Shown here piece by piece: positions 1 through 14,200 of a DNA stretch of 64,000 bases. The position numbers were made by a program, and so were the translations under genes. How positions within the stretch are numbered: position 1 is the first letter of the stretch; each line of letters begins with the position of its first letter. Under the pieces are notes generated by a model. The model did not search any database, was not told the DNA's origin, and saw only the letters and a program-made list of their open reading frames with translations. The stretch comes from Octopus vulgaris (Eukaryota), in NCBI GenBank assembly GCA_951406725.2, contig OX597817.1, positions 145,390,001-145,454,000 on the forward strand, read 5' to 3'.

Positions 1-1215
1 GTTAGGTCGACATTCAGCAGACTCTCTTTATCCCATTCATTTTCTTTATTCAGCAACCTTTTATAATGGCGTCTCCAAACCTCTCTCTTTGCATCCTCAT
101 TTAGTGCGAGTGAACCATCTTCCATGCGAACACATTTCTCTCCTACCACATCACAATTCTCTCTCACACACTGTCTTGCAACATGAAACACCTCCAGTCT
201 TTGGTCCTCACAGCACAGAACATTGGCAAATTTTTTCTTATCTGCTTCCCCTCTGGCTAGATAGACCTGTCTCCTAGCTTCCCTTTTGGCAATCTGATAC
301 AATTCCCTGCTACCACCATTCTTCCAGTCCTTCCAAGCCTGTCTCTTTTCTCTAATAGCCCTGTCTACAACATTGTTCCACCACCACGTTACCTTGGGAC
401 GAGAGGGGACTTTCCACCAGCCACAGATCTGGTCAGTGGCTCTCAGCAGGTTGTCCCTTGGAAACGTCCAGTTGCCTTCTACCCCATGTGATACTCTATC
501 CCCTTCTGCTTCGTCAAAGGCTTCAAGTAACATGTCCCTAAATCTTTATCCATTCACAGGATCTTTAAGCTTCCAGATCCTTCTTCTCAATGTTGGTCGT
601 CTTCTTGTTGTCCTCTTAGTCCTGATCCTAAAGTCACTAACTACCAGTCTATGTTGCGGGGTACATTCTTCGCCTGGGAAGGTTTTGGCATTTATAAGCA
701 GCCATCTTTCCCTTTTCCTGGCAAGGATGTAGTCAATTTGGCTGGTATGTCAGCCCGATCGGTAGGTGACTAGGTGGCTGGTAGGTTTCCTGAAGTTAGT
801 GTTGCAAACCATAAAATCATTTGCATCGCAGAACTCCAGCAGCCTGGTTCCCTCCTCGTTGCGGGAACCCTAGCCATAGCCTCCACGTACACCATGGAAG
901 CCCCCAGCATGTCGTCCAATGTGACCATTGAAGTCACCAGCCTCAAAGAGAAGGTCTCTGTCGTTCGTCAACGAGGTAGTCTGCAGTAGAGTGTCATAGA
1001 ATCGGTCTTTCTGTCCATCGGGTAGCCCCGGCTGAGGAGCATAGGCCGATATAATGGTTGCTAATCCATGATGAAGCACTAATCTAATCTTAAGTATTCT
1101 GTCACATACTCTGATTACCTCAATTACTTTATCTACCCATTTCTTAGCGATAAGTATACCCATGCCACCAAGCACGTCAGTGTTCCCTGCCCAGAAAATC
1201 TTGTACCTGTGTTCT
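1..1215 (-). mobile_element. Degraded RTE-clade LINE fragment (APE endonuclease region)
   Basis: ORF 870-1175 has IISAYAPQ and GDFNGHIG endonuclease motifs; frameshifted downstream. Confidence 0.8.
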
Positions 1216-1236
1216 TTGCTACATTGTGCAATAATG

Positions 1237-1275
<39 letters not shown>

Positions 1276-1277
<2 letters not shown>

Positions 1278-2045
1278 GCAGAGACAGAGGGATTTTTAAT
1301 TGCAGCACAAGACCAAAGCCTCCCCACCAGAAATTACCAAAAACATGTAATGAAAAGAAATATAACAAGTAACTGCAGAATATGTGGAGATGGACAAGAA
1401 ACAATATATCATATTATCTCTGGCTGCCCAGTCCTGGCTAAGAAGGAATATATTCACAGACATGACAGAGTTGGAACCTACATACACTGGAAGCTATGCC
1501 AACATTATGGAATAACAACAGAAAAAAGATGGTACAGGCACACACCAGAAAAGGTCACAGAAAACGAGAAAGCAACCATACTCTGGGATATGCCAATACA
1601 CACAGATAGAGAAATTAAGGCCAACAGACCAGATATAGTTGTCAGAGATCATGAAGGAAAAAAATGCTTTCTAATTGATGTATCAATACTGGCAGATGAC
1701 AACGTGTCTCTAAAAGAAATGGAGAAACTTTCAAAATACAATGACCTGGAAATGGAGGTAACCAGAATGTGGAATCTAAAAACAGAAACAATTCCTATCA
1801 TAGTAGGTGCATTAGGCATGATAAAAAAATATTCAGACAAATACATAACAAAAACACCAGGACTTACAAACACATATAACATACAGAAAATTGCACTATT
1901 AGGCACTGCACACATCCTACACAGAACACTTTCCATACAATAACTATCAGAGCATCACAACAAATCACAGCACATACCCAAGGCACACAGAGCTGCGCTC
2001 GGTAGTGAAGTGAAAGCACGCTATAAAAAATAAAACTACTGAATA
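1276..2045 (+). mobile_element. 5'-truncated R4/Dong-like non-LTR element (CCHC plus restriction-like endonuclease) within (AAT)n
   Basis: CRIC...H..SGC zinc knuckle, RHD, PDIVV, IDVS and KLSKY motifs. (AAT)n lies on both sides. Confidence 0.8.
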
Positions 2046-2199
2046 ATAATAATAATAGTAATACTTTCTACTCTAGGTACCAGGTCTGAAATTTGGCAGG
2101 AGGGGGTCTAATAAAGTACATCAACCCCCAGTACACAAGTAGTACTTATTTTATTGACAAAGAAAAGATAAAAGGCAAAGTTGGCCTTGGCAGCATTTG

Positions 2200-2915
2200 A
2201 ACTTAAAACATATTCTGAAGAAATGCTAGAGTTGCAGTTGTTGGCACAGTAGGGCACCAGTTGCAGCATTCAACAAGAGGTTGGTAAAAATGCTCCATTT
2301 TTGAGAGAATCCTTGCCTGAATTTCTCTATCTCTGGTTGCCCTAAGTCCTTGTATGAAGAAAAGAGATTTAAACGTATCCTGAGTGAGTTCCCGAAGTTT
2401 TAAGTTTTCACACATACAGTCAACTATTCTGGCATATATAATAAAGTCATCATTATCAGTTTTTGTAAAATTTCAACACTCCATTCAAGTGTTAAATAAT
2501 GAACTTTTGTCACAAAAGATCTTTGATAGTAATTCAATAGTTTCTTGGAAACTAATCTCACTCACCTTTTTGGGCAATATAAAGTTACAGTAGTGTTCAT
2601 GCTTGGCTGGAGCTACCTTGCATAGCAATAGCCTCACTTTCTCCTCATCTGACCATAACTTGCAATCTTTCTTAAAAACTTTCTCATACCTTCTATAGTA
2701 TACACGAAATATAATACTTTCCTCTGGATTATAAGTGAATTCAGAAATTGAGTTCACCACACTGTCTGGCGTAAACGGACTTACTGAAGTTTCAGACTAC
2801 CTTGACTGTAACTCATTTAACTGTTGTTGTTGTAATATTTGCTTCTGCAAATCCTGTAGCTGTTCCTGTTGCTTCTCTTGAAGCTGTATTACTGCAACTA
2901 ATAGGTTCTCCATAA
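2200..2915 (-). mobile_element. Degraded Ty3/gypsy gag-like fragment
   Basis: Q-rich N-terminus, then SISEFTYNPEE...YYRRYE...EKVRLLL...CNFILPK...LSKIF and LFFIQGL...IQARILSK, with stops and frameshifts. Confidence 0.6.
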
Positions 2916-2942
2916 TTTAATAATTTATATGATGCCCAAATT

Positions 2943-3346
2943 GCATAGGAGTGGCTGTGTGGTAAGTAGCTTGCTTACCAACCACATGGTTCTGGGTTCA
3001 GTCCCACTGCGTGGCACCTTGGGCAAGCGTCTTCTACTATAGCTTCAGGCCGACCAAAGCCTTGTGAGTGGATTTGGTAGACAGAAACTAAAAGAAGCCT
3101 GTCATATATATGTATATATATAGATTATGTGTGTGTGTATGTTTGTGTGTCTGTGTTTGTCAACCCAACATTGCTTGACAACTGATGCTGGTGTGTTTGC
3201 ATCCCTGTAACTTAGTGGTTCGGCAAAAGGGACTGCTAGGATAAGTACTAGGCTTAGAAAGAATAAGTCCTGGGGTCAATTAGCTCGACTAAAGGCGGTG
3301 CTCCAGCATGGTCACAGTCAAATAACTGAAACAAGTAACAGAGTAT
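2943..3346 (+). mobile_element. tRNA-derived SINE family A (other copies ~5025-5430 +, 29310-29605 +, 44851-45290 +, 45870-46230 +, 53500-53912 -, 56222-56430 + partial, 61803-62226 -)
   Basis: Repeated head GTAGGAGTGGCTGTGTGGTAAG...GGTTCAGTCCC (Pol III A/B-box-like), central (TG)n, and tail CAGCATGGCCACAGTC...GACTGAAACAAGTAAAAGAG. Confidence 0.8.
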
Positions 3347-3741
3347 TACATGTTCAAGAACACGCTACACTGCCCAGTCTGGCATTTGAAACCACAGTCT
3401 TGCAATTGTGAGTGCAACAACCTAACCACTTGGCTATGCATCTTATTTTACTAAGCCAACTATGAAATATCAACAATTAAAAGTGTAGTGGCCATTTATT
3501 TAAAGTAACTTCAATATAATCCTGTAACTTCAAACACTACTATTTTGGATATTATCTTGTATTCTTCAACAAATCATTTTAAACTGTCTTAGACTTCTTG
3601 GTTGGAAACTATTTGCCGGCACCAGAATGAAATAGCTGTATAGGAAATGTTATAAAGATATTTTAAAAACACAAATGTTATTTTACATTTTAATGTGAAA
3701 CAAAAATTACAAAAATAGCAATATTTAAGAAAACTACTTAC

Positions 3742-4960
3742 TTTTTTGTATATATATTTCCCATCTTTATATTGGACATTGTGGAACTGAAAACCTATCA
3801 ATCCATTTCCATGAGAATCAAACATTTTTACAGCATCCAATGAGTTGAATATTTCAGTTTCTTTTATGGTTGAAACCAATTCTTCTGCTGAAAATTCTTC
3901 ACACATTTTTCCACCGCAGTTTTTATTAATCACTTTCTTTAACCCGTTATGCATTGCATAAACTGAATTCATTGTTTGTACGATTCTCTGATTATTTACA
4001 TAAAAATCAATTTCGTCGTCAGAAAAGGTTTTCTTAGTGCATGTAGATGCATTTTTTGGTGAATCACACATATACTGGTTCCAAAAATATTTAAAGTATG
4101 GGTTTTTTAAGTGGTTCAAACTTGCATGTCTCTCTTTTAAATATTTTTTGAAACTTATTCCCTCACGTAAAAGAGCTCGTTTCGAACCATCAACTGTTAT
4201 GATAATAGAGCCAGCAAACACATGGCCATAACTTAAAATCAACTGGTTCTTCCCCCATGCATCACTCCCAATAAAAGTAAAAAAATTATGCATTTTCCTC
4301 TGATTCAAAGATTTAAGAAGATCTACAGTTCGGGAACTGGTGCCAAAGTATATGATAACTTTAATATTCATTATCAATGCCTTGGAAAATACTTCATCAA
4401 ATTCATTATGTTTGGCTTTTGTTTTGCTTGCAGCAATACCTGTAAACGAGAAGATACATATCTGGTTCTCCTTAGCAGCTGAAAGTAAAAGTTTTTTTGC
4501 ATTTAGTCCGTAGTTGTTTGTGGCATAAATTAGCCCAACATACCTCCAATCAAAGAATTTCAAAATTTGAATTATAGCATTTACTTGCTGATTATCACTT
4601 GGGACAGTTCGTAGAAAATATGGATATGAAATCCGATCATCTAGGTCTTCAGAGGAAGCAGCATAGGAAATTACTGGTCTTTTGTATAGCATGAATGTAT
4701 TAGCTATAGCTTTTGTAACAGAGCTTGACAGAGACCCAACAACACCTACAATATTGGATGGAGAAATGACTTGACAAGTACCAATATCCTTGATTTTGGT
4801 CTCACCAGTCAGAATGCTTGTAATATTTGAATATGCACGTAATGGGTTGTAGCAGTCATCCAGCAACAGAGCTCCAAGTTTAACACTATCACTGATAGTT
4901 TTAAACTTGTTCACATAAAACAGGAAAGCTTCTCCGGCAATTGTGTCAATGAAAGGTTTT
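3742..4960 (-). CDS. Coding exon 6 (VFT2, ANF_receptor-type domain); the gene continues beyond the window start
   Basis: Acceptor ttgtttccAG, donor AAA|GTAAGT, phase 2 to 0, 1219 nt open. Motifs LGALLLDDC, VGVVGSLSSSVT, PVISYAASS, YPYFLRTVPSDNQQ, WRYV, NNYG, GSDAW, NPYFKYFW, VYAMHNGL, FDSHGNG. Confidence 0.93.
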
Positions 4961-5847
4961 CTGGAAACAATAAAAAGTAAGAATTTTTTTTAAACAAATT
5001 TTTATAGACAAATTTTTATAGACAGGCGTAGGAGTGGTTGTGTGGTAAGTAGCTTGTTTACCAACCACATGGTTCCAGGTTCAGTCCCACTGCGTTGCAC
5101 CTTGGGCAAGTGTCTTCTACTATAGCCTCTGGCTGACCAAAGCCTTGTGAGTGGATTTGGTAGACGGAAACTGAAAGAAGCCTGTCGTATATATGTGTGT
5201 GTGTGTGTGTGTATGTTTGTGTGTCTGTGTTTGTCTCCCAACATCGCTTGACAACCGATGCTGGTGAGTTTACGTCCCCGTAACTTAGCGGTTCGGCAAA
5301 AGAGACCAATAGAATAAGTACTAGGCTTACAAAGAATAAGTCCTGGGGTCGATTTGCTCAACCAAAGGCGGTGCTCCAGCATGGCCACAGTCACATGACT
5401 GAAACAAATAAAAGAGTAAAAGAGTAAAAAAGATACAATTATTAGTCAAAGCAAAAGGATGGTGCCTTTGATCTATTTAAACCCTTCAAACCAGTGTAGT
5501 TTATGTGGTGGATGGTTAGTCTGAACTTCTGCAGATCTTATGGTTTGGAAAGAAATCATGGGTGAAAAAGGAATTTTAGAAGGGTGTTATTCTGCGAATG
5601 AAGAAAAGATTGAGTTAAATACTTTATAGTGGAATTTATCAGATAAGATACTGACAGTCTGAAGAGAAGTGAGGTTGGTATATTAGGTGGCTCTAAAAAC
5701 TGTGGCAGTGGTGATGTGGGTAGGAGTAGGTTTAGCCCCATATCGACTCTGGTTGGGTATACTTATAACACTGGTCAACAATTTTTGAAAAATTGTGTGC
5801 TTCTTAAATGAGATTAGCTAATTCTTATGTCTTGAATCTAAATATCA

Positions 5848-6810
5848 CCTGTAATGATATGCATAAGATCTGGTCACCAAATCTAAGTAGAGATTTCAAA
5901 CTTAAAATCTTCAAAGCCACAGTCGAACCAATTCTACTATATGGCTCAGAAACCTGGATGTTATCAAAGAAGCTTGAGAGGCGGTTGGATGGAACTTACA
6001 CTTGCCTCCTTATGAGAGCTCAAAATCTCTCGTGGAAGCGTCATCCAACCAAAGTACAAATATATGGGAAACTACCACCTTTATCATCTCTTGATACCAG
6101 AGGGCGACACTCTCCTACCCTGATGTAATCTAGTGGTTAGGGTGTTGTACTCATGGTCAAGAGATCATGGTTTCAATTCCTAGACCAGGTGGTGCATTGT
6201 GTTCTTGAGCAAAACACTTCATCTCATGTTGTGTACTTGTTCAGGCAATGCCAGTTTGACGGATATATATCATCTGAAAAATATTTTCTAACTAGAAAGG
6301 GTATGGCCTGGTCAGCCTGTAATGATAAGCATAAGAGCAGGTCATCAAATCTAAGTAGAGATTTCAAACTTAAAATCTTCAAAGCCACAGTTGAACCAAT
6401 TCTACTATATGGCTCAGAAACCTGGATGTTATCAAAGAAGCTTGAGAGGCGGTTGGATGGAACTTACACTCGCCTCCTTATGAGAGCTCAAAATCTCTCG
6501 TGGAAGCATCATCCAACCAAAGTACAAATATATGGGAAACTACCACCTGTATCATCTCTTGTGAAAGGTAGAAGAGTCCAGTTTGCTGAACATTGTTGTA
6601 GAGCTGAAAACGAGGTAATTTCTACTCTTCTCCTCTGGAAGCCATCTGCTTGTGATACCAGAGGGCGCACACTCTCCTACCCTGATGTAATCTCCAGGGA
6701 TACAGGCATCCAGCAACAGGACCTCCATAATGCTATGATGGACCATGAAGTCAGGCGTAACATAGTAAATTCCATTGTCTCAACCACAATCGAACAATGA
6801 TCAATGATGA
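5848..6810 (+). mobile_element. Two tandem RTE-like LINE 3' fragments separated by a short tRNA-like SINE head
   Basis: KIFKATVEPILLYGSETW is encoded twice (ORFs 5808-6128 and 6153-6800) at near identity. The first copy has an internal deletion. Confidence 0.75.
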
Positions 6811-7196
6811 CGGAGTGAGCTAATACACAGCACATGCATTTGGTCACTACAAACAAATCATTTGTGCAGGTCACTCAGCAAAAGTTGACCCCTCTTATGT
6901 CTTCATCCCCATCATCATTTAATGTCCATCTTCCATGCCGGCATAATGTGAAGAGTCTGACAAGATCTAAGAAACCAGAGGACTATGTCATGCTTCAGTG
7001 TCTGCTTATATGTGGTTTCTATATTTGGTGACCTTCCTAACACCATGCTCTACACAGAGTGTACTGGTTGTGTTCTCAAGGCACCAGTACTAGTGAGGTT
7101 GCCATGTAACTCACCAGACTAAAGTTTACCCTTAACTGAATGGGAGTATGGTATGGAGTATGGGTGGTGGCTTTATCTTAGGTGCTGAGAGTTTAA

Positions 7197-7416
7197 CCCT
7201 TTTGTTACTAACCCGGCCAAAACCGGCTCTGGCTCTGCAGTAAAATGTTTTGTTTTCGTAAGGTTTGAATTAAAATCTTCAATCAAACGTTAGTCACAAT
7301 TTATGTTCCTCACACTAGCTGAATGATAACTAAGTTATTTTACTAAATTCTTTGTTATATTTAAAATAACTGAAAGAAACACAGAGCATCTCAAAAGAAA
7401 TACAGTAACGAAAGGG
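7197..7416. mobile_element. piggyBac-like MITE
   Basis: TTAA|CCCTTTTGTTACT ... AGTAACGAAAGGG|TTAA: terminal inverted repeats with a TTAA target duplication. Confidence 0.75.
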
Positions 7417-7794
7417 TTAAAACATGAAAGAAAGGACAGAAATAGGCATCTTACTGCAGTCAAGATACACAGCTATATCGTTTATACAAAGTAGGTTAGT
7501 GTAATTGGGGAGAAGCTGGAAGTAGAGTGGAGATCATGGTGATGAATTGTCAGAATGTGTCATCAAGAAACAAGATGGTGAAGAGAAGAGAAAGTGGAAA
7601 GAGAAGACTGAGAAGAGTTGGTGGGTGGAAGTTGCAAGAGTGTATGTGGGGCGTGAGAGTATGGTACCTGAGATAGTGGTGGCCACAGATATATAGGAGT
7701 AAGACAACAGCAAGTGGTTCAAAGGAGAGTGAACAAAATAACTGGTAGCACAGAAAGACGGTGAATGGAAAATGTAAGGAGAAAGAATCCCAAA

Positions 7795-8075
7795 GCACCA
7801 TCAGTACGTGGTTGATGCCAGCACCACCTTGACTGGCTTCCGTGCCAATGGCACGTAAAAAGCACCAACCGATCATGGCCATTGCCAGCCTCGCCTGGCA
7901 CGTAAAAAGCACCCACTACACTCATGGAGTGGTTGGCGTTAGGAAGGGCATCCAGCGGTAGAAACACTGCCAGATCTGACTGGAGCTTGGTACAGCCTCC
8001 TGGCTTCCCAGACCCCGGTTGAACCGTCCAACACATGCTAGCATGGAATACGGATGGTAAACGATGATGATGATG
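7795..8075 (+). mobile_element. RTE LINE/SINE 3' UTR with (GAT)n tail (related copies ~17898-18000, 20582-21240, 22310-22495, 23850-24320, 46617-46840, 56510-56870, 62350-62720)
   Basis: Recurrent CCATGCTAGCATGGAAA...GACGTTAAACGATGATG terminus, also attached to the RTE ORF fragments. Confidence 0.75.
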
Positions 8076-8229
8076 AAAGAAGTAGGGAGAATGTTCAGAA
8101 AGAAAAATGGATGTCAAAGGATGTAGTTCTTGGAACTACTACAAACTAAGAAAGAGGAAGCTTTATACACCAAAAGGTTACAGTCAGGTTACAGTGAGGG
8201 TGACCTGATAAAACATAAATAATAGGAGT

Positions 8230-11200
8230 GCAAAAAATTTTCACCGCAAATTTTACCCAAAAATTTTTTCCATAAATTTTTCGAAAATTTCACCCAAAAA
8301 GTTTTCAACAATTTTCACCAAAAATTTTAGCCAAAAATTTTAGCCAAAAATTTTAGCCAAAAATTTTAGCCAAAAATTTTTCGAAAATGTTCACAGAAAA
8401 TTTTTCCCAAAAATATTTCGGAAGTTTTCACTGAAAATTTTCTCCAAAAGTTTTTCGAAAATCTTCACCGGAAATTTTTGCCCTAAAAGTTTTCGTAAAT
8501 TTTCACCGAAAACTTTACCCAAAAATTTACAAAAATTTTAACCAAAAAGTTTTCGAAAATTTTACCCAAAAATATTCCGAAAATTTTAAACAAAAAGTTT
8601 TCGAAAATTTTCACCGAAAATTTTACTCAAATTTTCCGAAAATTTTCACTGAAACTTTTCCCCAAAAAATTTTTCGAAAATTTCATAGAAAAAGTTTTCG
8701 AAAATTTTCACTGAAAATTTTCCCAAAAATTTTCCAAAAATTTTCACCGAAATTTTTAAAAAATTTTTCGAAAGTTTTCACTGAAAATTTTCCCCCAAAA
8801 TTTTTCGAAAATTTTCACTGAAAATTTTCCCCAAAAATTTTTCGAAAATTTTACACAAAAATTTTTAGAGAATTTTCACGGAATATTTTACCCAAAAATT
8901 TTTAGAAAATTTTCACCAAAAACTTTACCCAAAAATTTTCCCCATAAATTTTTCCAAAATTTCACCCAAAAAGTTTTCGAATATTTTCACTGAATATTTT
9001 CCCCAAAAATTTTTCGAAAATGTTCACCGAAAATTTCACGTAAAAAGTTTTCGAAAATTTTCACTGAAAATTTTCAACGAAAATTTTACCCAAAAATTTT
9101 TCCCATAAATTTTTCGAAAATATCACCCAAAAAGTTTTCGAAAATTTTCCACAAAAATTTTCGAAAATTTTAACCGCAAATTTTAGCCAATAATTTTTCG
9201 AAAATGTTCACAGAAAATTTTCCTGAAAAATTTTTTGAAAGTTTTCGCCGAAAATTTTCTCCAAAACCTTTACCCAAAAATTTCCCCCATAAATTTTTCG
9301 AAAATTTCACCCAAAAAGTTTTCGAAAATTTTCACTGAATATTTTCCGCAAAAATTTTTCGAAAATTTTCACCTAAAATTTCAAGTAAAAAGTTTTCGAA
9401 AATTTTCACTGAAAATTTTCACCGAAAATTATACCCAAAAATTTTTCCGATAAATTTTTCGAAAATTTCACCCAAAAAGTTATCGAAAATTTTCACCGAA
9501 AATTTTCCTCATATTTTTTTTTTAAATTTTAACCGCAAATTTTAGCCAATAATATTTCGAAAATGTTCACAGAAAATTTTCCCGAAAAATTTTTCCAAAA
9601 TTTTCACCGAAAAGTTTCCCAAAAATTTTTTGAAAATTTTAACCGCAAATTTTAGCCAATAATTTTTCGAAAATGTTCACAGGAAATTTTTGCCGAAAAA
9701 TTTTTCGAAAATTTTCACCGAAAATTTTCTCCAAAAATTTTTCGAAAATGTTCACCGAAAATTTTTCACAAAAATTTTCGAAAATTTTCACCGAAAATGT
9801 TATCCAAAAATTTTCCGAAAATTTAACCAAAAAGTTTTCAAAAGTTTTCACCAAAAATTTTACCGAAAATTTTCCAAATATTTTCACCGAAAATTTTACC
9901 CAAAAATTTTGCGAAAATTTTCACTGAAAATTTTGTGGAAATTTTCCGAAGATGTTAACCAAAAAGTTTTCGAAGATTTTCACCGAAAACTTTACCCAAA
10001 AATTTACCGAAAAGTTCACCTAAAAATTTTTCGAAAACGTTCCGAAAATTTTCACCGAAAATTTTACCCAAAAAGTTTGCGAAAATTTTCACCGAAAATT
10101 TTACCCAGAAAGTTTCCGAAAATTTAAACCAAAAATGTTTGGAAAATTTTCACCGAAAACTTTACCCAAAAATTTTTCCCATAAATTTTTCGAAAATCTC
10201 ACCCAAAAAGTTTTCGAAAATTTTCACCGAAAATTTTATTCAAAAATTTTCCGAAAATTTTCACTGAAAATTTTCCCAAAAACTTTTCGAAAATTTCACC
10301 TTAAAAGTTTCGAAAATTATCACTGAAAATTTTCCCTAAAAATTTTTCGAAAATTTTACTCAAAACTTTTTAGAAAATTTTCACGGAAAATTTTCACCAA
10401 AAACTTTACCCAAGAATTTTCCCCATAAATTTTTCGAAAATTTCACCCAAAAAGTTTTCGAAAATTTTCACTGAATATTTTCCCCATAAATTTTTCGAAA
10501 ATTTTCACTGAAAATTTACACCGAAAATTTTACCCAAAAATTTTCACCGAAATTTTTCAAAAAGTTTTCGAAAATTTTCACTGGAAATTTTACTCAAAAA
10601 TTTTCCCCAAAAAATTTTTCGAAAATTTCACCTAAAAAGTTTTCGAAAATTTTCACTGAAAATTTTCACCAAAAATTTTTAGAAAATTTTCACGGAAAAT
10701 TTTATCCAAAAATTTTTCGAAAATTTTAACCATAAATTTTTCGAAAATTTTCCCTATAAATTTATCGAAAATTTCACCCAAAAATTTTTCGAAAATTTTC
10801 ACTAAAAATTTTCACCGAAAATTTTGACCAAAAATTTTTCCCATAAATTTTTCGAAAATTTCACCCTAAAAGTTTTCGAAAATTTTCACCGAAAATTTTC
10901 CCCAAAAATTTTTCGAAAATTTTCAGCTAAAATTTTAGCCAAAAATTTTTCGAAAATATTCACAGAAAATTTTCTTCAAAAATTTTTCGAAAATTTTCCC
11001 CAAAAATTTTCTCCAAAAATTTTCCCCCAAAATTTGTAGAAAACTTTCACCGAAAATTTTGTGAAAATTTCCACCGAAAATTTTACCCAAAAATTTTCCG
11101 AAAATTCAACCAAAAAGTTTTCGAAAATTTTCACCGAAAACTTTACCCAAAAACTTACCGAAAATTTCACCTAAGAAGTTTTCGAAAATTTTCACCGAAA

Positions 11201-14200
11201 ATTTTACCCAAAAATTTACCGAAAATTACACCTAAAAAGTTTTCGAAAATTTTCACTGAGTATTTTCCCCAAAAATTTTTCAAAAATTTTCACCGAAAAA
11301 GCAAAAAGTTTTCGAAAATTTTCACTGAAAATTTTCACCGAAAATTTTATTCAAAAATTTTCCGAAAATTTTCACTGAAAATTTTCCCAAAAACTTTTCG
11401 AAAATTTCACCTTAAAAGTTTCGAAAATTATCACTGAAAATTTTCCCTAAAATTTTTCGAAAATTTTACTCAAAACTTTTTAGAAAATTTTCACGGAAAA
11501 TTTTCACCAAAAACTTTACCCAAGAATTTTCCCCATAAATTTTTCGAAAATTTCACCCAAAAAAGTTTTCGAAAATTTTCACTGAATATTTTCCCCATAA
11601 ATTTTTCGAAAATTTTCACTGAAAATTTACACCGAAAATTTTACCCAAAAATTTTCACCGAAATTTTTCAAAAAGTTTTCGAAAATTTTCACTGGAAATT
11701 TTACTCAAAAATTTTCCCCAAAAATTTTTCGAAAATTTCACCTAAAAAGTTTTCGAAAATTTTCACTGAAAATTTTCACCAAAAATTTTTAGAAAATTTT
11801 CACGGAAAATTTTATCCAAAAATTTTTCGAAAATTTTATCCAAAAATTTTTCGAAAATTTTAACCATAAATTTTTCGAAAATTTTCCCTATAAATTTATC
11901 GAAAATTTCACCCAAAAATTTTTCGAAAATTTTCACTAAAAATTTTCACCGAAAATTTTGACCAAAAATTTTTCCCATAAATTTTTCGAAAATTTCACCC
12001 TAAAAGTTTTCGAAAATTTTCACCGAAAATTTTCCCCAAAAATTTTTCGAAAATTTTCAGCTAAAATTTTAGCCAAAAATTTTTCGAAAATATTCACAGA
12101 AAATTTTCTTCAAAAATTTTTCGAAAATTTTCCCCAAAAATTTTCTCCAAAATTTTCCCCCAAAATTTGTAGAAAACTTTCACCGAAAATTTTGTGAAAA
12201 TTTCCACCGAAAATTTTACCCAAAATTTTCCGAAAATTCAACCAAAAAGTTTTCGAAAATTTTCACCGAAAACTTTACCCAAAAACTTACCGAAAATTTC
12301 ACCTAAGAAGTTTTCGAAAATTTTCACCGAAAATTTTACCCAAAAATTTACCGAAAATTACACCTAAAAAGTTTTCGAAAATTTTCACTGAGTATTTTCC
12401 CCAAAAATTTTTCAAAAATTTTCACCGAAAAAGCAAAAGTTTTCGAAAATTTTCACTGAAAATTTTCACCGAAAATTTTATTCAAAAATTTTCCGAAAAT
12501 TTTCACTGAAAATTTTCCCCAAAAACTTTTCGAAAATTTCACCTTAAAAGTTTCGAAAATTATCACTGAAAATTTTCCCAAAAAATTTTTCGAAAATTTT
12601 ACTCAAAACTTTTTAGAAAATTTTCACGGAAAATTTTCACCAAAAACTTTACCCAAGAATTTTCCCCATAAATTTTTCGAAAATTTCACCCAAAAAGTTT
12701 TCGAAAATTTTCACTGAATATTTTCCCCATAAATTTTTCGAAAATTTTCACTGAAAATTTACACCGAAAATTTTACCCAAAAATTTTCACCGAAATTTTT
12801 CAAAAAGTTTTCGAAAATTTTCACTGGAAATTTTACTCAAAAATTTTCCCCAAAAAATTTTTCGAAAATTTCACCTAAAAAGTTTTCGAAAATTTTCACT
12901 GAAAATTTTCACCAAAAATTTTTAGAAAATTTTCACGGAAAATTTTATCCAAAAATTTTTCGAAAATTTTAACCATAAATTTTTCGAAAATTTTCCTATA
13001 AATTTATCGAAAATTTCACCCAAAAATTTTTCGAAAATTTTCACTAAAAATTTTCACCGAAAATTTTGACCAAAAATTTTTCCCATAAATTTTTCGAAAA
13101 TTTCACCCTAAAAGTTTTCGAAAATTTTCACCGAAAATTTTATCAAAAAATTTTTCGAAAATTTTAACCATAAATTTTTCGAAAATTTTCCCTATAAATT
13201 TATCGAAAATTTCACCCAAAATTTTTCGAAAATTTTCACTAAAAATTTTCACCGAAAATTTTGACCAAAAATTTTTCCCATAAATTTTTCGAAAATTTCA
13301 CCCTAAAAGTTTTCGAAAATTTTCACCGAAAATTTTCCCCAAAAATTTTTCGAAAATTTTCAGCTAAAATTTTAGCCAAAAATTTTTCGAAAATATTCAC
13401 AGAAAATTTTCTTCAAAAATTTTTCGAAAATTTTCCCCAAAAAGTTTTCTCCAAAAATTTTCCCCCAAAATTTGTAGAAAACTTTCACCGAAAATTTTGT
13501 GAAAATTTCCACCGAAAATTTTACCCAAAAATTTTCCGAAAATTCAACCAAAAAGTTTTCGAAAATTTTCACCGAAAACTTTACCCAAAAACTTACCGAA
13601 AATTTCACCTAAGAAGTTTTCGAAAATTTTCACCGAAAATTTTACCCAAAAATTTACCGAAAATTACACCTAAAAAGTTTTCGAAAATTTTCACTGAGTA
13701 TTTTCCCCAAAAATTTTTCAAAAATTTTCACCGAAAAAGCAAAAGTTTTCGAAAATTTTCACTGAAGATTTTCACCCAAAATTTTACCCAATAATTTTTC
13801 CCATAAATTTTTCGAAAATTTCACACAAAAAGTTTTCGAAAATTTTCACTGAAAATTTTCACCGAAAATTTTACCCAAAAATTTTTTCCATAAATTTTTC
13901 GAAAATTTCACCCAAAACGTTTTCGACAATTTTCACCGAAAATTTTAGCCAAAAATTTTTCGAAAATGTTCACAGAAAATTTTTCCCAAAAATTTTTCGA
14001 AAATTTTCTCCAAAAATTTTTCTCCAAAAAGTTTTCGAAAATGTTCACCGAAAATTTTTGCACAAAAAGTTTTCGTAAATTTTCACCGAAAACTTTACCC
14101 AAAAATTTACCGAAAATTTTAACCAAAAAGTTTTCGAAAATTTTACCCAATATTCCAAAAATTTTAAACAAAAAGTTTTCGAAAATTTTACTCAAAAATT

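Noticed and set aside
3589-3741. Hydrophobic C-terminal tail of the 441-aa ORF as a transmembrane segment
   Set aside because: It lies after a perfect GTAAGT donor and is best explained as intron read-through. The same applies to the ORF tails at 18521-18610, 25479-25586 and 48701-48735.
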